Source of the DNA: the human T2T-CHM13v2.0 reference genome, Homo sapiens
Assembly: GCF_009914755.1 (NCBI RefSeq)
Contig: NC_060928.1
DNA: 64,000 bases
Reading direction: 5' to 3' (one strand)
Shown in pieces: positions 15,757 to 32,010 of this stretch (the stretch's first letter is position 1; each line of letters starts with the position of its first letter). The position numbers and the translations under genes are program-made. Below the pieces are notes generated by a model. That model had not been told where the DNA came from. It did no database searches and was given only the letters and a program-made list of their open reading frames with translations.

Positions 15757-16680
15757 AGGGATGTACGTGTTGGAGTGTGTTCACACAGGCTCCCAAGAAC
15801 TGTTAAATTTTCAAAAATTTTGCAAGCCAATTTTTAATATAGATACTACTAGAAATTGAACTTTATAAACTTATATTTGAATAAATTATATTAAAAGTAA
15901 AGGAATATTCAAAATTCATCAATTCCTAATTACTTTAATACAGTTTGCTGTTTTATATGCTCTTGAGATTATTTATCTCATCTCACCTGTGAGATGGGGC
16001 TACCATATAATGGTGTGCACTGTGCATGTCCTCCCACACTAGAAGCTTGAAATTAGCCATGTTGGGAGAATTTACATAAAAAAACAGGGCGAATACTATA
16101 GATCAGGGTTTCATTTACTGTTTTGTTGTCTAGACTTTAAAAAGTCATAGAGAAAATGTTAATAACGTGCATTAAGCCTAAAAATGTGTCTTGTCTGTAG
16201 CTATTACCTTGCTAGTAGAAAAAAAAATGAGAAAATATTATTCCATTATTCTAAACCTATTATCTAATTCGGCAAAGAAGTTGCTCACATCACTGATGAA
16301 CAAGTGAAGTTCAAATACATGTCTGTGTTATTTCACTGTCTTATTAATGTAAATGAAAATATCAACCAACATTCATGCCAGGACTACACTTGTTAGTGAA
16401 TACACTTGTAAGCTGGCTCCATATACAGGAGTTCAGCAAAAGTCAATGAAAGCATTCTATGAAAAGCAATCGGCTATACAGAATTTACAATAAATAATAT
16501 TGAATATTTTATTATTATTTGTAACTTGTGTTACACAACCTTTATATCAATAAAATTTATGATAAACATATTAGTGTGTATATATACATATATACACATT
16601 TGAGTGTATATGTATCTATATAAACATATACATATATGCATTTTTGAGAGCCTGTTGAACGTTTACCACCATAACACTTA
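15757..16680. mobile_element. MER63-like hAT-Blackjack DNA transposon
   Basis: ttaaattttcaaaaattttgcaagcc near the start and gttgaacgtttaccaccataacact at the end resemble MER63 termini. Confidence 0.6.
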
Positions 16681-16996
16681 GAGACACCCAAGTGTTATCT
16701 AATAAATTAGATCTAATAATACTTTTTTTTTTATTGTCATGCAAAGGATCTTCCAAAGTCATCGCCAAGAGAAGGATCCCTTTTGACAGGATCTAGGATT
16801 GGTACCCATTATGAAGGTTCAGTAACTCTCCTAAGACCCATAATTAGTAAGTGGCCATAGGAGGCTCTAAAACCAGAAAGTCTTAACTCCAGAGGCTACT
16901 TTTTGACTCTGCAATCTTTCATGAGAGCACAGCATTCATCTCAGGAAAGCACAAATGTTTTAACATTAGAAAAGAAGAGCAAATAAGACTTTTTTA

Positions 16997-17303
16997 ATTG
17001 TACATGCATTTATAATAATATAAACTCTTGAAAATAGAAAATAAATAACTTTATAGTGTTTAACTACTAAAACTTACAACAAGCCTCTCACTGATATTTA
17101 GTACTAATACTTAGAAGCATTTTATTTAACATTAGATGCAAAACAATACTTTTTAAAAAAATTGCACATGCATTTAAAATAATAAAAAATTCTTGAAAAT
17201 AGACAAGAAATAACTTTATAGTGTTTAACTACTAAAACTTATAGCAAGCATCTCACTTATATTTAGTAGCATTTTATTTAATATTAGGTACAAAATAAGA
17301 TTT
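16997..17303. repeat. Diverged tandem duplication, unit ~165 bp
   Basis: aaataactttatagtgtttaactactaaaactta occurs identically at ~17043 and ~17208 with similar flanks. Confidence 0.9.
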
Positions 17304-17532
17304 ACCACTCTCTCCCACAGTAATCAATATTTTGTTGGAATTAGCTAAGGCTTTATGAAAGCAAGTACAAATGAGTAGTTTAAAAATTTTATTGTAATAA
17401 TAATTGTATTTGCTTTATGCACACGATATTATTGTCTACTAGAAAATCCAAAATACTAAGCCAATGGTAGAATCACTAAGGAGTTGGGCAAAGTTCTTAG
17501 TGAGGCAATATCAGATACTGGTAAATATTTCA

Positions 17533-17927
<395 letters not shown>

Positions 17928-18099
17928 TTACTTAAGCTCTTTGTACCTCGATTTTCTTACTTGTGTAATGGAGATAATAACGGTCTCTTCCCATAAGAAT
18001 ATATAATAAGTTGATATATGGATGGAACTTTGACAACATCTGTCACATAGTAACCACCATGTAACTCGTCGATTGTTATTTTTATTACTAAATACCCAC

Positions 18100-18600
18100 A
18101 ATAATATTCAAAAGTGAAAATAAATAACACACCCATGGTTACAAGGATGTGTAAATTCATATCATAAAAATGTCTATTTTCTACAAGTTAGTCTACAAAT
18201 TTCATGCAATTCAAATTCAAATCCCAAAAGTGATTTTCAAAGCTGACAACTGAACCACAAATCTCTATGGAAGAATAAAAAGAAATGCACAACCAAGACA
18301 AATTTAAAGCTACATCATTAGAAGGAGCACTTCATCCTGTCAATATCAGAACACTATATTAGTACCAATTGTATGATACTGGCACAGGAATAGACAAGCA
18401 AATAATGAACAAATCAGAGAGCCACGATTCATATCCTCATATATAAATATTCATATCTAGTAACAGTGCCTTTATAAATAATTAGGGAAATGCCACAATA
18501 TCTATTCAATGGATTATGTTGGAACAATTGATTACATGATTACATGAGAAAAATAAGTAAATTTGTTCTCTATATGATATCATATAAAATAAATTTTATT
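18100..18600 (+). mobile_element. Old L1 ORF2 remnant
   Basis: aatttcatgcaattcaaattcaaatccc, tgatactggcacaggaatagacaa. Confidence 0.6.
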
Positions 18601-21600
18601 TATGATAAAACTGAGTGACAACACTCAGAGATAGAACACTGTATCAGGTCAAACTCAATCCTACATTAGTGTCTGATAAAGGTCTATAAATGAAAATCCT
18701 TCTCCTGCTGCTAAAATATTCTCATTTTATGTTAAGGAGAGAAAGGTTGTGAGAGGTGATTAGGATATTACTTTATGATTCCATGCATATGTTTTTAAAT
18801 TCATGACACTCTAGGAAAACTGTAAATCTACTTGTGAGCATTTGTAGTTACAGGTGAAATTCAGATAGATCCCCATTAGTGAACATCTGTTTTGTTTTTA
18901 CAACTTTTTTCCCTTTCATCTGATAGATGAACCTCTATTTCATAAATAGGACTGACTCATTGTGTGGTTCTGATGTGTCTCCTACCACAAAATTAGGAGT
19001 GTGTCATGAAATTTCCCAAACTCATTGCTTTGGACATGGGCATATGACTCAGGGTGGATCAATTACTGTCCTTTCGAGACTTAGTCTGGAAGAGATATTG
19101 GAGAAGCAGAACTCCACTTGCCAGAATATGTGGATTTAACGCATTCTGAGACTGAGTCAGCAAGTTGCCATCTTCACCATAGAGAACCTGTGCAGAAAAG
19201 AAATCAACATAGAGAAAATCTAAGCCAAAGGAAAGGAGTAGGACAGATTTCTGATTATATAAAATGCACTTTAATAGATCATGACATAAGCCAGAAATAT
19301 TCTTTTAATTTAGCTCTTTTCATGCTGAATTTAATTATTTCACTTAAAACTTACTGTTTTCACCATAAAAAATAATTTGGTGATTTAGACATTGAATTAG
19401 GACCACATAGTTATACAAGTATTATTGTAAAATTGATTACAAACAATAATGTGAAGCTAGAAGTAAATGATGTTTCATTCAGGATGAATTTATTAATACA
19501 TGTGCTTACGGTTACTTCTTCAATAATCTTGTTTTTATTAGGCAAGATCAACTAGCTACTGCAACAAATGGACTCAAAATATGAAATAGCACATAATGGA
19601 AATGTATTTCTTGTTTACAAGAGTAAACAGATCAGAGAACAATTCTCCTCCAAATGGCCAACAGATACTCTGCCATCTTCACCCTATGCCATCCAAGACT
19701 TCCCTGACAGTCTTCTCCATTCCACTAGACAGGGAGCAAATAAAGCTTAAAGGACCATACATGGGAGTTTTTAATGAGTCAAGTCTAGAAATGATATATA
19801 TCCACTGTGTTCATACTTCATTGGTTAGACCTCAGGAAATGTCCACACAAAAAAGCAAGAATAGCTAGGAAAAGTCTATTTCTAACATCAATAAGAGGAG
19901 AATCAGGATGTTGGTAAGCAGTAAGCAAGTTCTGCAAAAACAGTTATTGTAATAATAAATATTCATGTGTACCTGTTCCCTCAGGTAGTATACGCTCACC
20001 CCACGGTAGACAAAACTAAGTCCCATCTAGTTAGTATAATCAGCTCAACGTTCAGGATCTGTGGGTATTGAACACTTCTCTCCATCATGACTGGGAGTGG
20101 TTGTTGTGGTCCTGCAAAGCCTGATATAAAAACAATCAGTCTTATGTATGCTGTCAGTGGTAGAGCAGGGATAAGATAACTATAGTAGACAAGTAACATT
20201 TAAGAAAGGGAAAAAAGAACACAGAACACACACCTGATAATAATAACCATACAATCCTGCTGGGTAGGTCTTACAAAGCACCCCTAATGAGACACACATG
20301 ATTTGCCCCTCTGTGGGGAAAGTTCCTTAATGAGACCCACATTCCTGGCTAAAAGTTACTTCCTTGTTTATTGTTCTCCATGACCTCAGGTTCTGCTCCC
20401 TGGGAAACACTTGCTTGTTCTTTACCCTTGGGAACTATCCATCTTATACTCGTTGTTTCTTTCTTATGAAAATGTAGGGGCCAGAGGATTGCTTTGAGTG
20501 TAATTTTCCTCCTAGCTCAGGATTTCTTTGAGAAAACAATTTCCTCAAAAACTTAATAGACTTTGGATGTATTTCTTTCAAGTCAATTTCATGTGCTAAT
20601 AAGCCATTCATAAAGATCCTTCGTAGACAAAACTCTAGAGTCTAACTATTTTTTTCTCCTTTGCCCCTTTCAGGAGATCATTATTTCAAATTACCAGGGA
20701 TAGTTATTAGAAAATAGGCTTAAGTAGGAATATCATACGCTGAATCTGGTGATTATTTTAAGGCTTATTCACATTATCTGAGAAATTTTAAGACCTCCGT
20801 CTTTTACATAAATCTCTCTTCAATTTGATTTCATAGTTTTTAAAATCTAGAAATAGGTGTTTCCAATCATATGTACCTACTAATTTTTCTCTATTCACTT
20901 CTATTTTTTTCTGTACATTGGTCATGTTTTCCTAAGATTTTGCTTTTCTTATAGCTCCCTGCTAAAAGAAAGAAAGAATATAACATAGCTTCTTTAAACA
21001 ATAACAAACATACACAAAAAAATGACTAAAAGCGATAAATTTTGGCTGGGCTAATAAAAAAAGCATGGCAACTTATGTCAGGTGGAAGGATAGACAAATA
21101 GATACACTAGAGATTTAAATAAAATCATATTGTATAATAAACAAATTTTATGTCAACAGTTTTGAAAAGTTAAGTGAAACTGAATATATATTTTTTAAAT
21201 ATAAAACTGATTAAGAAAAAAATAAAGCCTCACTTGTACTATAATAACTATTAAATAAACTAGCATAGTAATTAAAAAAAGAAATCCAAAAATCACCAGG
21301 CCTAGATTTTTGTATAGGCCAATTCAAACAGACTTTCAAGGATAAGATATTTCAATACATAGGGCAATTTAGAGACTAGATAAGAGTGCATATACCTTAC
21401 TTTGAAATTGATACAAAAAATAAACGTTTCTCGTTTATGAACATACCTATAATAATCCTAAAAACAGTATTAGAAAATCAAACCAAGAGTAGCATAAAGA
21501 AGTGCAACATGACCAAACTGAGTTTATTTTACAAACATGAATGTACAGTAATATATTAAAAGAAAAAATATAAAATCATCCCAATAAATGTAGAAAAGTT

Positions 21601-22332
21601 ATTTGCTGAAATTTATACATAATAATATTGTTAACAAGTGAAAACTTAGTGCACTAGGAATAGAAAGGCACTTACACAGGCTGACAAAAGGGATGTTCAA
21701 ATAATCACCTAAAGCAAACCTTATTTTTAATGAGAAACAGTTACTATCATTAACTTGGAAGTAATATAAAATACAAGTATGCTTGTTATCATCACTTTTA
21801 TTCAAAATCTTACAGAGGTCTGCCACAAAAAAGGGGGAAAGAAAATCACTGGAAAAAAAAGAAACAAAATTCTAATTATTCGAAATTCATATAATTATCA
21901 GAATTGAAAACTAAAAAATAATCAGATAAGTTACTAGAAGTGGTAAGCATTCAGTAACAGGGCTTATCAAAAATTAAATGTATTTCAAGCACGAAGTAGC
22001 TAGGTAATTTATTTTAAATAGCATTATAAATAGCAATACACAGTGTGAAATGCTAAAAATAAACTTAACAAAAGAAGAAACAGCCATAATGCAGAAGATG
22101 TTAAGATAATATTGAAAGAGAGTTAAGAATCCCTAAATAAAGTCTTATTTATATTCATGGAAAACAAAGAGAAACACACTATCATGAAGATGTCAATTCT
22201 CTCCCAATAAATAGATAGAATATATGAAATTCTAATTCAAATTCTAGTATTTTCCCCCTCTGTAACTGGAAAATGTATTATTAACTTCATGTGAAAGAGC
22301 AAAATGCCAAAAACATAGCCAAGATACTCTTC

Positions 22333-22413
22333 TTGAACTCTTGGCTTCAAGTGATCCTCCTGCCTTGGCTTCCCAAAGTGTTGGGACTATAGTCTGAGCC
22401 ACCATGTCCAGTC
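22333..22413 (-). mobile_element. Alu left-arm fragment
   Basis: tcaagtgatcctcctgccttggcttcccaaagtgttgggact. Confidence 0.85.
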
Positions 22414-22422
22414 CTGATAGTC

Positions 22423-23580
22423 TTTTTTATTTTAAATTTTTAGTTCAGGAGTACATGTGCAGATTTGTTACATAGGTAAATTTCTGTCATGTGGCTTTAT
22501 TGTACAGGTTATTTCATCACCCCAGTATTAAGCTTAGTGCCCATTAGTTATTTTTCCTGATCCTCTCCCTTCTCTCAACCTCTACCCTCTATAAGGCCCC
22601 GATGTGTGTCGTTCCCCTCTATATGCCCATGCGGTCTCATCATTTACCTCTCACTTATAAGTGCAAGCAGTATTTGGTTTTCTGATCCTGCATTAGTTTG
22701 CTAAGAATAATGGTCTCCAGCTCCATCCATGTCCCTGCAAAGGACATGATCTCATGTTTTTTATGGCTGCATAGTATTCCATGGTGTATATGTACCACAT
22801 TTTCTTTATCTAGTCTGTCATTGATGGGAATTTAGTTGATTCCATGTCTCTGGTATTGTGAACAGTACTGCAATGCACACTTGGATGCATGCGTCTTTGT
22901 AATGGAATGATTAATATTCCTTTGCGTATATACGCAGTATTGGGTTCTGGGTTTGCTGGGTGAAATGCATTTCTATCTTTAGGCCTTTGAGGAATCACTG
23001 CACTGTCTTCCACAATGGTTGAAAGAATTTACACTCCCACCAACAGTGTATGAGCATTCCTTTTTCTCTACAACCTGGCCAGTATCTGTTATTTTTTGAC
23101 TTCTTAATAATAGCCCTTCTGACTGGTGTGAGATGGTATCTCATTGTAGTTTTGATTCGCATTTCTCTAATGATCAGTGATGTTAAGCTTTCTCTCATGA
23201 TTGTTGGTTGCATGTATGTCTTCTTTTGAAAAGTGTCTGTTCATGTCCTTTGCCCACTTTTTAATGGGGTTGTTTGTTTTTTCCTTGTAAATTTAAGTTC
23301 CTTATAGATTCTGGTTATTAGACCTTTGTCAGATGCATAGTTTGCAAAATTTTTCTCCCATTTTGTAGGCTGTCTGTTTACTCTGTCCCTAGTTTCTTTT
23401 GCTGTGCAGAAGCGCTTTAGTTTAATTAGATCTCATTTGTCAATTTTTGCTTTTGTTGCAATTGCTTTTGGCAACATTGTCATGAAATCTTTGCTCGTGT
23501 CTACGTACTAAATGGTATTGCCTAGGTTGTCTTCCAGGGTTTTTACAGTTTTGGGTTTTACATTTAAGTATTTAATCCAT
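22423..23580 (-). mobile_element. 5'-truncated primate L1PA (ORF2 C-terminus plus 3'UTR)
   Basis: ORF 22995-23213 [21 protein letters not shown]...HCWWECK is L1 ORF2 C-terminal sequence; T-tail at 22423; TSD gatagtctt. Confidence 0.95.
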
Positions 23581-25649
23581 AAGATAGTCTTGAACAAACA
23601 AAATGTTAGAGATGGGGTTATGGTCTTTTAGCTATAAAGAGTTTTTATTTTAAAAAGTCATTATTAAGGAATATATTATTGATGAAAGATGACCAATGAA
23701 ACAGAAAAGAACACAGAAGCATCTGTCCTTAATATATTATAAGAAAATGGCATTTTACATCAGTGGAAAATTTAGGTTCTATTTTACAAATAGTACTAAA
23801 AGAATTAATTTTCCCTATGATTTTAGGGATGTTTTCACAGTTGTTGAAATCACATATATATATAAACATATACATATAATCATGTATTAATGATTATAGT
23901 AATATACAGAAAATAAGAAATTAAAAGAAAAAAGGAAAGGAAATATCACTTATTAGCATAAACTTGAAATTAAAAACTAATGAAAACATCACAAGAAAGA
24001 CTAATCAAAACTCATGATTAAATTTAGGTACAAAATTTAGGTACAAAATATAGACAAACTCAGGTCAATCAAAGTTTAAAAACAATAACAATAAAATAGC
24101 TATGCCAAAGTGGGGTTCATTTCAGGAGTGCAAGTATGTTTATTTATGTTTACAGATCAATTAATATAATTCATTACATCAGCATATTAATGAAAGGAAA
24201 TCATATGGTCCTCTCAATAGAAATGGTGATAAAATTAAACATCCATCCATTACTTTAAAAAAATCTATTGGCAAATTAGAAAAATAAATTGACTTCCTAA
24301 ACTTGATAAAAAGCATGCAAAAACAAACAACCGACAAATAAAAACATAATTAAGACATTTTCTCTAAGATCAAGGAGAAGACAAGGTAGCTGGTGATTGC
24401 CTTTCCTATTCTGAAGAATATAGGAGTACAAGCTATGGCGGTAGGCAAGAACAACACAGAATGCTTAAAAATGGAAAGAAAGAAAACAGGCTGTTATTCA
24501 AAAATAAGAAGATATACTATATCATAAATACAATTGAAACCACAGTTAAAATACTATAACTACACAAGATTTTATAAAGGTTGTAGAGTACAAACCAATA
24601 TATAATGAATAGCATCAATAGAACAAAATGACTTCTTACAAATCAATAATTTTTTAAAAATAAGAAAATGAGCAAATTGTGTAAACAGACTATTTACAGA
24701 GAAAGAAATGTAAAGTGCCAGTATATGTGTGTGTGTATACATATATATACATATAAAAAATATATATATTTTTTAAATGCTCAAATTTACCAATCATCAA
24801 GGATATACAAATTAAATCAATAGAAATATTTTTCACATATTGACTGATAATACAACTAAGGTCATGTATTGGTAAGAATTTATAGAAATGTGCATTCTCA
24901 TACATATTTGATGAAAATGTCCATTAGTAAAATCCATTTGAAGGATAGTTAGATGGTACATCATAAAATTAGAATGTCCCTAACTTTAGATAAAGCAATT
25001 CAAATTTCTGGAAATCTATCCAACATTAACATTTACACGGGAGAACACAGGCATATTCATTCATGCATGAATGCATGCATTCCTTACTAAGTGCCTCCAT
25101 ATACTAGAACCTATCCTAGGTTCTGCAGAATTAAAAGAGAATAAGACAGAGAAGGACTTACCCTAACATGCTGGAAAGATTACATACTAGAAGAATATGG
25201 GTGATAACAAATCAATAAAGAGCATAATAATTAATAGGATCATAAAAAATTAAAAGAAATAATGACTAAGAGTTTTCCTTTTCCGAGGCATTAATAAATG
25301 TATTGATGAGCAGGGGACACCATCATTCCTGAATAGATTGATGGCAGTTGTCTTGTGAGGGTATGCAACGGAGTAAGTTCGCTGTTCATAGTGGAAAAAA
25401 TGAAGCCCCAGCAGAGGCCATGTGAGTAAAGCATATGGAATTAACACAAATGCCGAAGGACAATAGGTCATTACAGTATACTGACTTGCAGAAATTTGTG
25501 GCACCCTCCCTCTCCATCTCAGTCTATTCACGTGTACCGACTCCCTGCTGCCCAGACTATAATCTTCCTAAGAACAAGAGTCATGTCTGTCTCTCTTCTC
25601 TAAACCCAGTACTTGGCATACCTTAGTAATAAATAACTTCATGTATTTA

Positions 25650-25912
25650 TATAATTATTAACTCATATAGGGTTTACTGTGTGTGCCAGCCATAATTCCT
25701 AATGTTTTAAAAATAAGAAATGAAAACTCATTCATTTGTGCCTCATAACAACTTGATCAGGTTGCTTTATTTTTATCCCCCTTTCACAATTGAGGAAATG
25801 GAAGCAAAGGGAGGTAAAGTAACTTAATCAAGGTCCAATGTGGTAGAGACAGGACTGTACACCCAGGACATCTGGCTATAAAGAACCTGCTTTTAACCAC
25901 TATTCTACGCTG
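25650..25912 (-). mobile_element. MIR SINE
   Basis: tgaggaaatggaagc...aggtaaagtaacttaatcaaggtc...ttaaccactattc. Confidence 0.7.
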
Positions 25913-27476
25913 ATTAATAGATTGCTGCACTCACTTTATTGCAAACAGTTAAACTTCCTGGAACTACATCTACAGAAACCTTTCATTCTGGAAGAGAGCC
26001 TCTGCTTAATTTAAAGACTCATTCCAGAGTTTTCCCTCTCCATCAAGCGGTAGGGGGAGGCAGAGGCTTGCCTCCCATGGTACATTTACACTGCAACTTT
26101 TAGAGAAATTATTTGCTGATTCAAAATGGAAACGAACAAAGGCAGGCTAAAACCTCTTGACTTGAAGTTTTAAAAAATTATTGCTGTATTCATTTAGCCT
26201 AAGAAAGAACAACACAATGGTTAAATTTAAGTATATCCAAAGAAAATTCCAATTAAATTACATTGTGGGGATTTTAATGATCATCCCACTAAATTTTTTT
26301 AATATAACTTTCCTTACTAGCCAGTAAAATATTTTTCATTCAGAGGAGTTGAGTGATCTGTCTTATGAATAATAGTAAATACAGCTCACATTTATTTTAG
26401 AATGTCAGAAAACAGCTCAGTTGACAGCATTAATAGAGTGGAAAATCCATGATCGCAGGAGTTTCATGTCAAATATGACAACCTTCTAAATTACTTGTCA
26501 AAGTTGACCTGCACACAAGCTTAGATGAACTAAGTTAGGCAAGTTAACAGTGAGTATAAAAGTGAAATACATCTCAGAATTTCAATGATAGTGATCACTG
26601 AACAAACCTTGGGATTGAAAGAACTACCATTTGGTAAAGAAAACAGAGGAAAAGCTCATCTATTCCTGTAACTATTTAAGAATGAAAAACATATTTAGAC
26701 CCAGTTCAGAGAAAAGAGACCTTTAAAACATATTTAATGTAACCATGCACATAAACACAATGAGGGTTTGTTTTGATTTATTGTCAGACAAAAGGAAGTA
26801 TTTTCAATAGTGATGCCAATAAAAAAATCTGTGTGGTAGAAATCAAAAATGATACTTACAATTAAGAATATTAACTCATTTCCTAAATTCAAACAAATTT
26901 TTGAAATCTGGGACTAGTTTTATGAGATAATCCATCAAGGAATTATTGGCAGCAGCAGGTACTGGTATTCCTCATAGCTCTATAATAGCTAGCTGTGCTA
27001 TACACCCACAAGGTCTATAGTTAGAGGGAAATAAAAAAGTAAAGTAAATAGCTGTCATTTATCGAGCAGAATCTAACAGCCATGACATACTGTATTAGCT
27101 ATTTTAAAATATCATTTCATTTAATGCTCAGAAGAAACTCCAGTAGACAAATAGATTAGTGTGCATACTTCAGTATGCTAGTTCGGTATAATTTTCCAGC
27201 ACTGGCAAGGAAATTTTACTTTATAAACAATTCTGGATCAGAAAACATATTGCCTACCTATTGCATACTTCCTATCAGTACCTCAATAAAGAGTCTAAAG
27301 TGCATTGATATTCAGTAAATGTTCTTAGTATATTAAAAACTTGTTTAGTATATTAAAATCCTTAAAGAAGGGTATCAATATTTTATATGTGGTCTTTTAG
27401 TCCTTCAGTTTCTCAATTCAAATAATAAAGAACAAGTTATAGCTTACATCCTTTTTCAAAGAGAATTAAGAGACAA

Positions 27477-27650
27477 AGCCAACGTAGTAGCACGTGGCTG
27501 TAATCCCCAATACTCAGGAGTCCGAAGCAGGAGGAATGCTTGGGTCCAGGAGTTTGAAGCTATAGTGCACTGTGATTCCACCTCTTAAGAGCCATTGCAC
27601 TACAGCCTTTAACCCATCTCTTAAAAACCCACCTCTTAAAAAAAGAGAAA
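27477..27650 (+). mobile_element. FAM-like fossil Alu monomer
   Basis: 7SL-derived monomer with gtgcactgtgattccacct...agccattgcactacagcc; TSD aaagagaattaaga. Confidence 0.8.
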
Positions 27651-28882
27651 GGAAAGAGAATTAAGATATAAACAATGTATTTGTAGTTAAAAATACCTAG
27701 TTATATTTTTCTAGATGACTTTAACAAACATTTATATAGGTCCTATTATATAAATGCTGGTCACTATGCTTGGCACTAGAATCTACCTACATCAGGACTT
27801 CACATCTAGTACTGGCATGTGTGTCCATCCACGCGTGTATATTCTACAAAGCTAATACTCACCAAATAAAATAATATGTCTAATATATGTATGGTTGGGT
27901 AAACTTTAGTATATTAATTATTGCTCTTTTCCCTCTCCCAGATTGTTACCTTTTTTCTGCCTCTTCTTCAAGAAAGTAGTATGCCTCAAGCCTCATGTAC
28001 TTGGAATAGGTATATAACTAAAAATAAATTAAAATTAGCTTGTCAGAATTCTGAACACTTGTTTTGTAAGTCCTATACCTACTGATAATAATAGTTTTTG
28101 TGGCAAGATAATAAGAGTCTTGGAAAAGCAAGAAGTAAGTTGAGGTTCCCCTTAAACTATTGTTTGGTGGGGCCCAGAGGTACAGATCCAAACAGTAATG
28201 GGACATTGCTTCAAGGCCTCAAAGAAGAATGTTCGTTGGCTGGTCACCAGGCACAGCAGAGATTTGACACCTCACACATGGCATGGGAACAGCTAAAAAG
28301 TGTTAGTTGAATAAACCACTGTAAGCACAGGCAGTGAGAATGTCAGTATGGACCATCACCAGTCATCAGAAACTCCTGTCCATTCCTTGCGCACAAAGTA
28401 GGCATCTCAGATTCTGAATGGACATTAGGTTGGGGAAGGAGAACCTACCACACTGGAGATATAATTTCCTGTAAATTTAGAAAGCCAGAGTATAATAGTA
28501 AAAATCAACTTTATTTAAAGGAAATAAAGTAATACTTTAAACACATCTTGGCTTGCAAACTGTAATTAATACCTGACTGGTTGTGAAATAGGAAAAGTAT
28601 TTGTGAAGTACATTAAAAGAAAAATATAAGCAAGTGATAAATGTATCACAGGGAAAGTGACATCTGAGTAATGTTTGGAAGATGAGTGAAAGCTTCCTTA
28701 GCAGAGGAATTACACATGCAAAGTTAGAGATAACTCTAACACCATACTTTGACCTAGATATCATCAGAAATCCATTAGTGTAGCACTGGAATGTAAAAAT
28801 TCACAAGCAACTGATCATAAGAGATGTGAAGCTGAGAGAAAAGCAAGATGTATTGAATCAGCAGGATAATATTTTTCAGTAG

Positions 28883-29365
28883 CAGTGGTTCTCAAAGTAT
28901 GGTCAAAGGACTCCTAGAGATTCCAACACTTTTTCGGGGGATCCACAAGGTCAGAAGTATTTTTCTTATAATAATAAGGCATTATTTGCTTTTAACACTC
29001 TTCTTCTCACACAAGAATGCAGGGGAAGTTTCTAAAGGCTACATGACATACGACATGACAACAGACCGATGCAGAAGGAGATATACAAATCCATGAATCT
29101 CCTATTGAGGCAGATATTAAAGAGATTTGCAAAGATGTAAAACAATGCCACTTTTCTCATTTTTGTTTCAAAACTGACATTATTTTCCATAATATTTATG
29201 TTAATATGCAATAAAAATGTTTTGGAAATGTTTGTTTCAATTTCTAATACAGTAAACACTGTTAGATAGAAGCCAGAAAAACAAACTTTAAAAAAGTGTT
29301 TGGGGTTGGTCTCAACAACTTCTAATAATGTAATGTCAGACCAAAAAGTGTGAGGACCCATACTG
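28883..29365 (+). mobile_element. Non-autonomous hAT-Charlie1 family element
   Basis: 5' end cagtggttctcaaagt and a degenerate inverse end aaaagtgtgaggacccatactg. Confidence 0.7.
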
Positions 29366-29935
29366 AAACTTAAGAACTAAGTACAGAGGCTTCATATTTC
29401 TTAATGCTAAAATTAACTAGTATGATAAAAGGGAAAACATAAATAGTCATCCTGGTTATTATACTTGACTATTGAGTTGGTATGGGTAAAGGGTGCCAAT
29501 ACATTGACAGTTAAGACAGCTACGAAAGTAGATGATAAAGATGTAAAATGGAGCTGAAAAGTAGTATAAATAATATTCTTTTAAAAGTAATCAAGTTTTA
29601 ATCAAATATGTCATTTCTATTAAAATAGGCTGTCATGGCTGTTTCCTCACTGCAATTATTATTGCTAAAGAAAGAGAAGACAATGACAAGAGGAGGAGGA
29701 TGAGAAGGTAGAATAGGAGGAAAAAAAATTAAGCTTTTGCATGCTGATTAGTACTTTAAGTGAAAATATTCGGTTGATCATCATAAAGAATAAAGACTAA
29801 GAAGAAAACACTTGTTTTTAGTGTCCAAAATGAATATTCTCTAGGATAAATTAATTGAGCCAAAAATAGCCTGTTCCAAAAGTTAATGTTAGGAAATGCT
29901 ACATGAGGGCAATAAATGTTTGAATATTTGATACC

Positions 29936-30292
29936 TGATATGGTTTGGCTCTATGTCCGCACTCAAATCTCATCTCCAGTTGTAATCCTCACGTGTTGAG
30001 GGAGGGACCTGGTAGTAGGTGATTGGATCATGGGGGTGGTTCCCCCTGTGCTGTTCTCTGCTGATATAAGTTCTCAGGAGATCCAGTGGTTTAAAAGTGT
30101 GGCACTTACTTCTTCACTCTTTCTCTCCTGCCACTATGTAATACATGCCTTGCTTCCCCTTTGCCTTTCACCATGACTGTAAGCTTCCTAAGGCCTCTCC
30201 AGTCATGTGGAACTATGAGTCAATTAACTTTTGCTTATAAATTACCCAGTCTCAGGTCATGTCTTCTTGGCAGTGTGAAAACAGACTAATAC
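29936..30292 (+). mobile_element. MST-family MaLR solo LTR
   Basis: tgatatggtttggct...agactaataca termini, 5-bp TSD atacc/aaacc. Confidence 0.92.
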
Positions 30293-30659
30293 AAAACCAA
30301 TACAAAATTAATATAGATGTTTAATTTTATTAAAAAATTGTCATTACTGAATATGACCACCCTTAGGTTAGCAATTTTATAAATATTTCTAACACTACTA
30401 TTCTGAAGAGTGGGCATATTGGTTTATGGCTTAATAACTCAAGGACTATTTTGCCGACCCAGGTATCAAAGAATGAAACTAACAGTTAATTTGATTTGGA
30501 ACAAATATGGTTATTTGTAATAATTTTACAACATAATAGACAACAAAAATTGCTCAGTCCAAACAAAAACTAGGATAGAGAATATACCATCTTGGTTAAT
30601 GTTTTCATTGTTTTGTAGAAATGCTCATAAATAAGTCTATAAATTATATATATATAAAT

Positions 30660-32010
<1,351 letters not shown>

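Larger units (their letters stand above)
21000..25030 (+). mobile_element. Old L1 (L1M) fragments hosting younger insertions
   Basis: ORF2-like motifs (caccaggcctagat, atgaagatgtcaattctctcc, gtggggttcatttcaggagtgcaag). Confidence 0.65.

Noticed and set aside
29032-29361. 109-aa ORF
   Set aside because: Lies within a non-autonomous Charlie element and shows no transposase motifs
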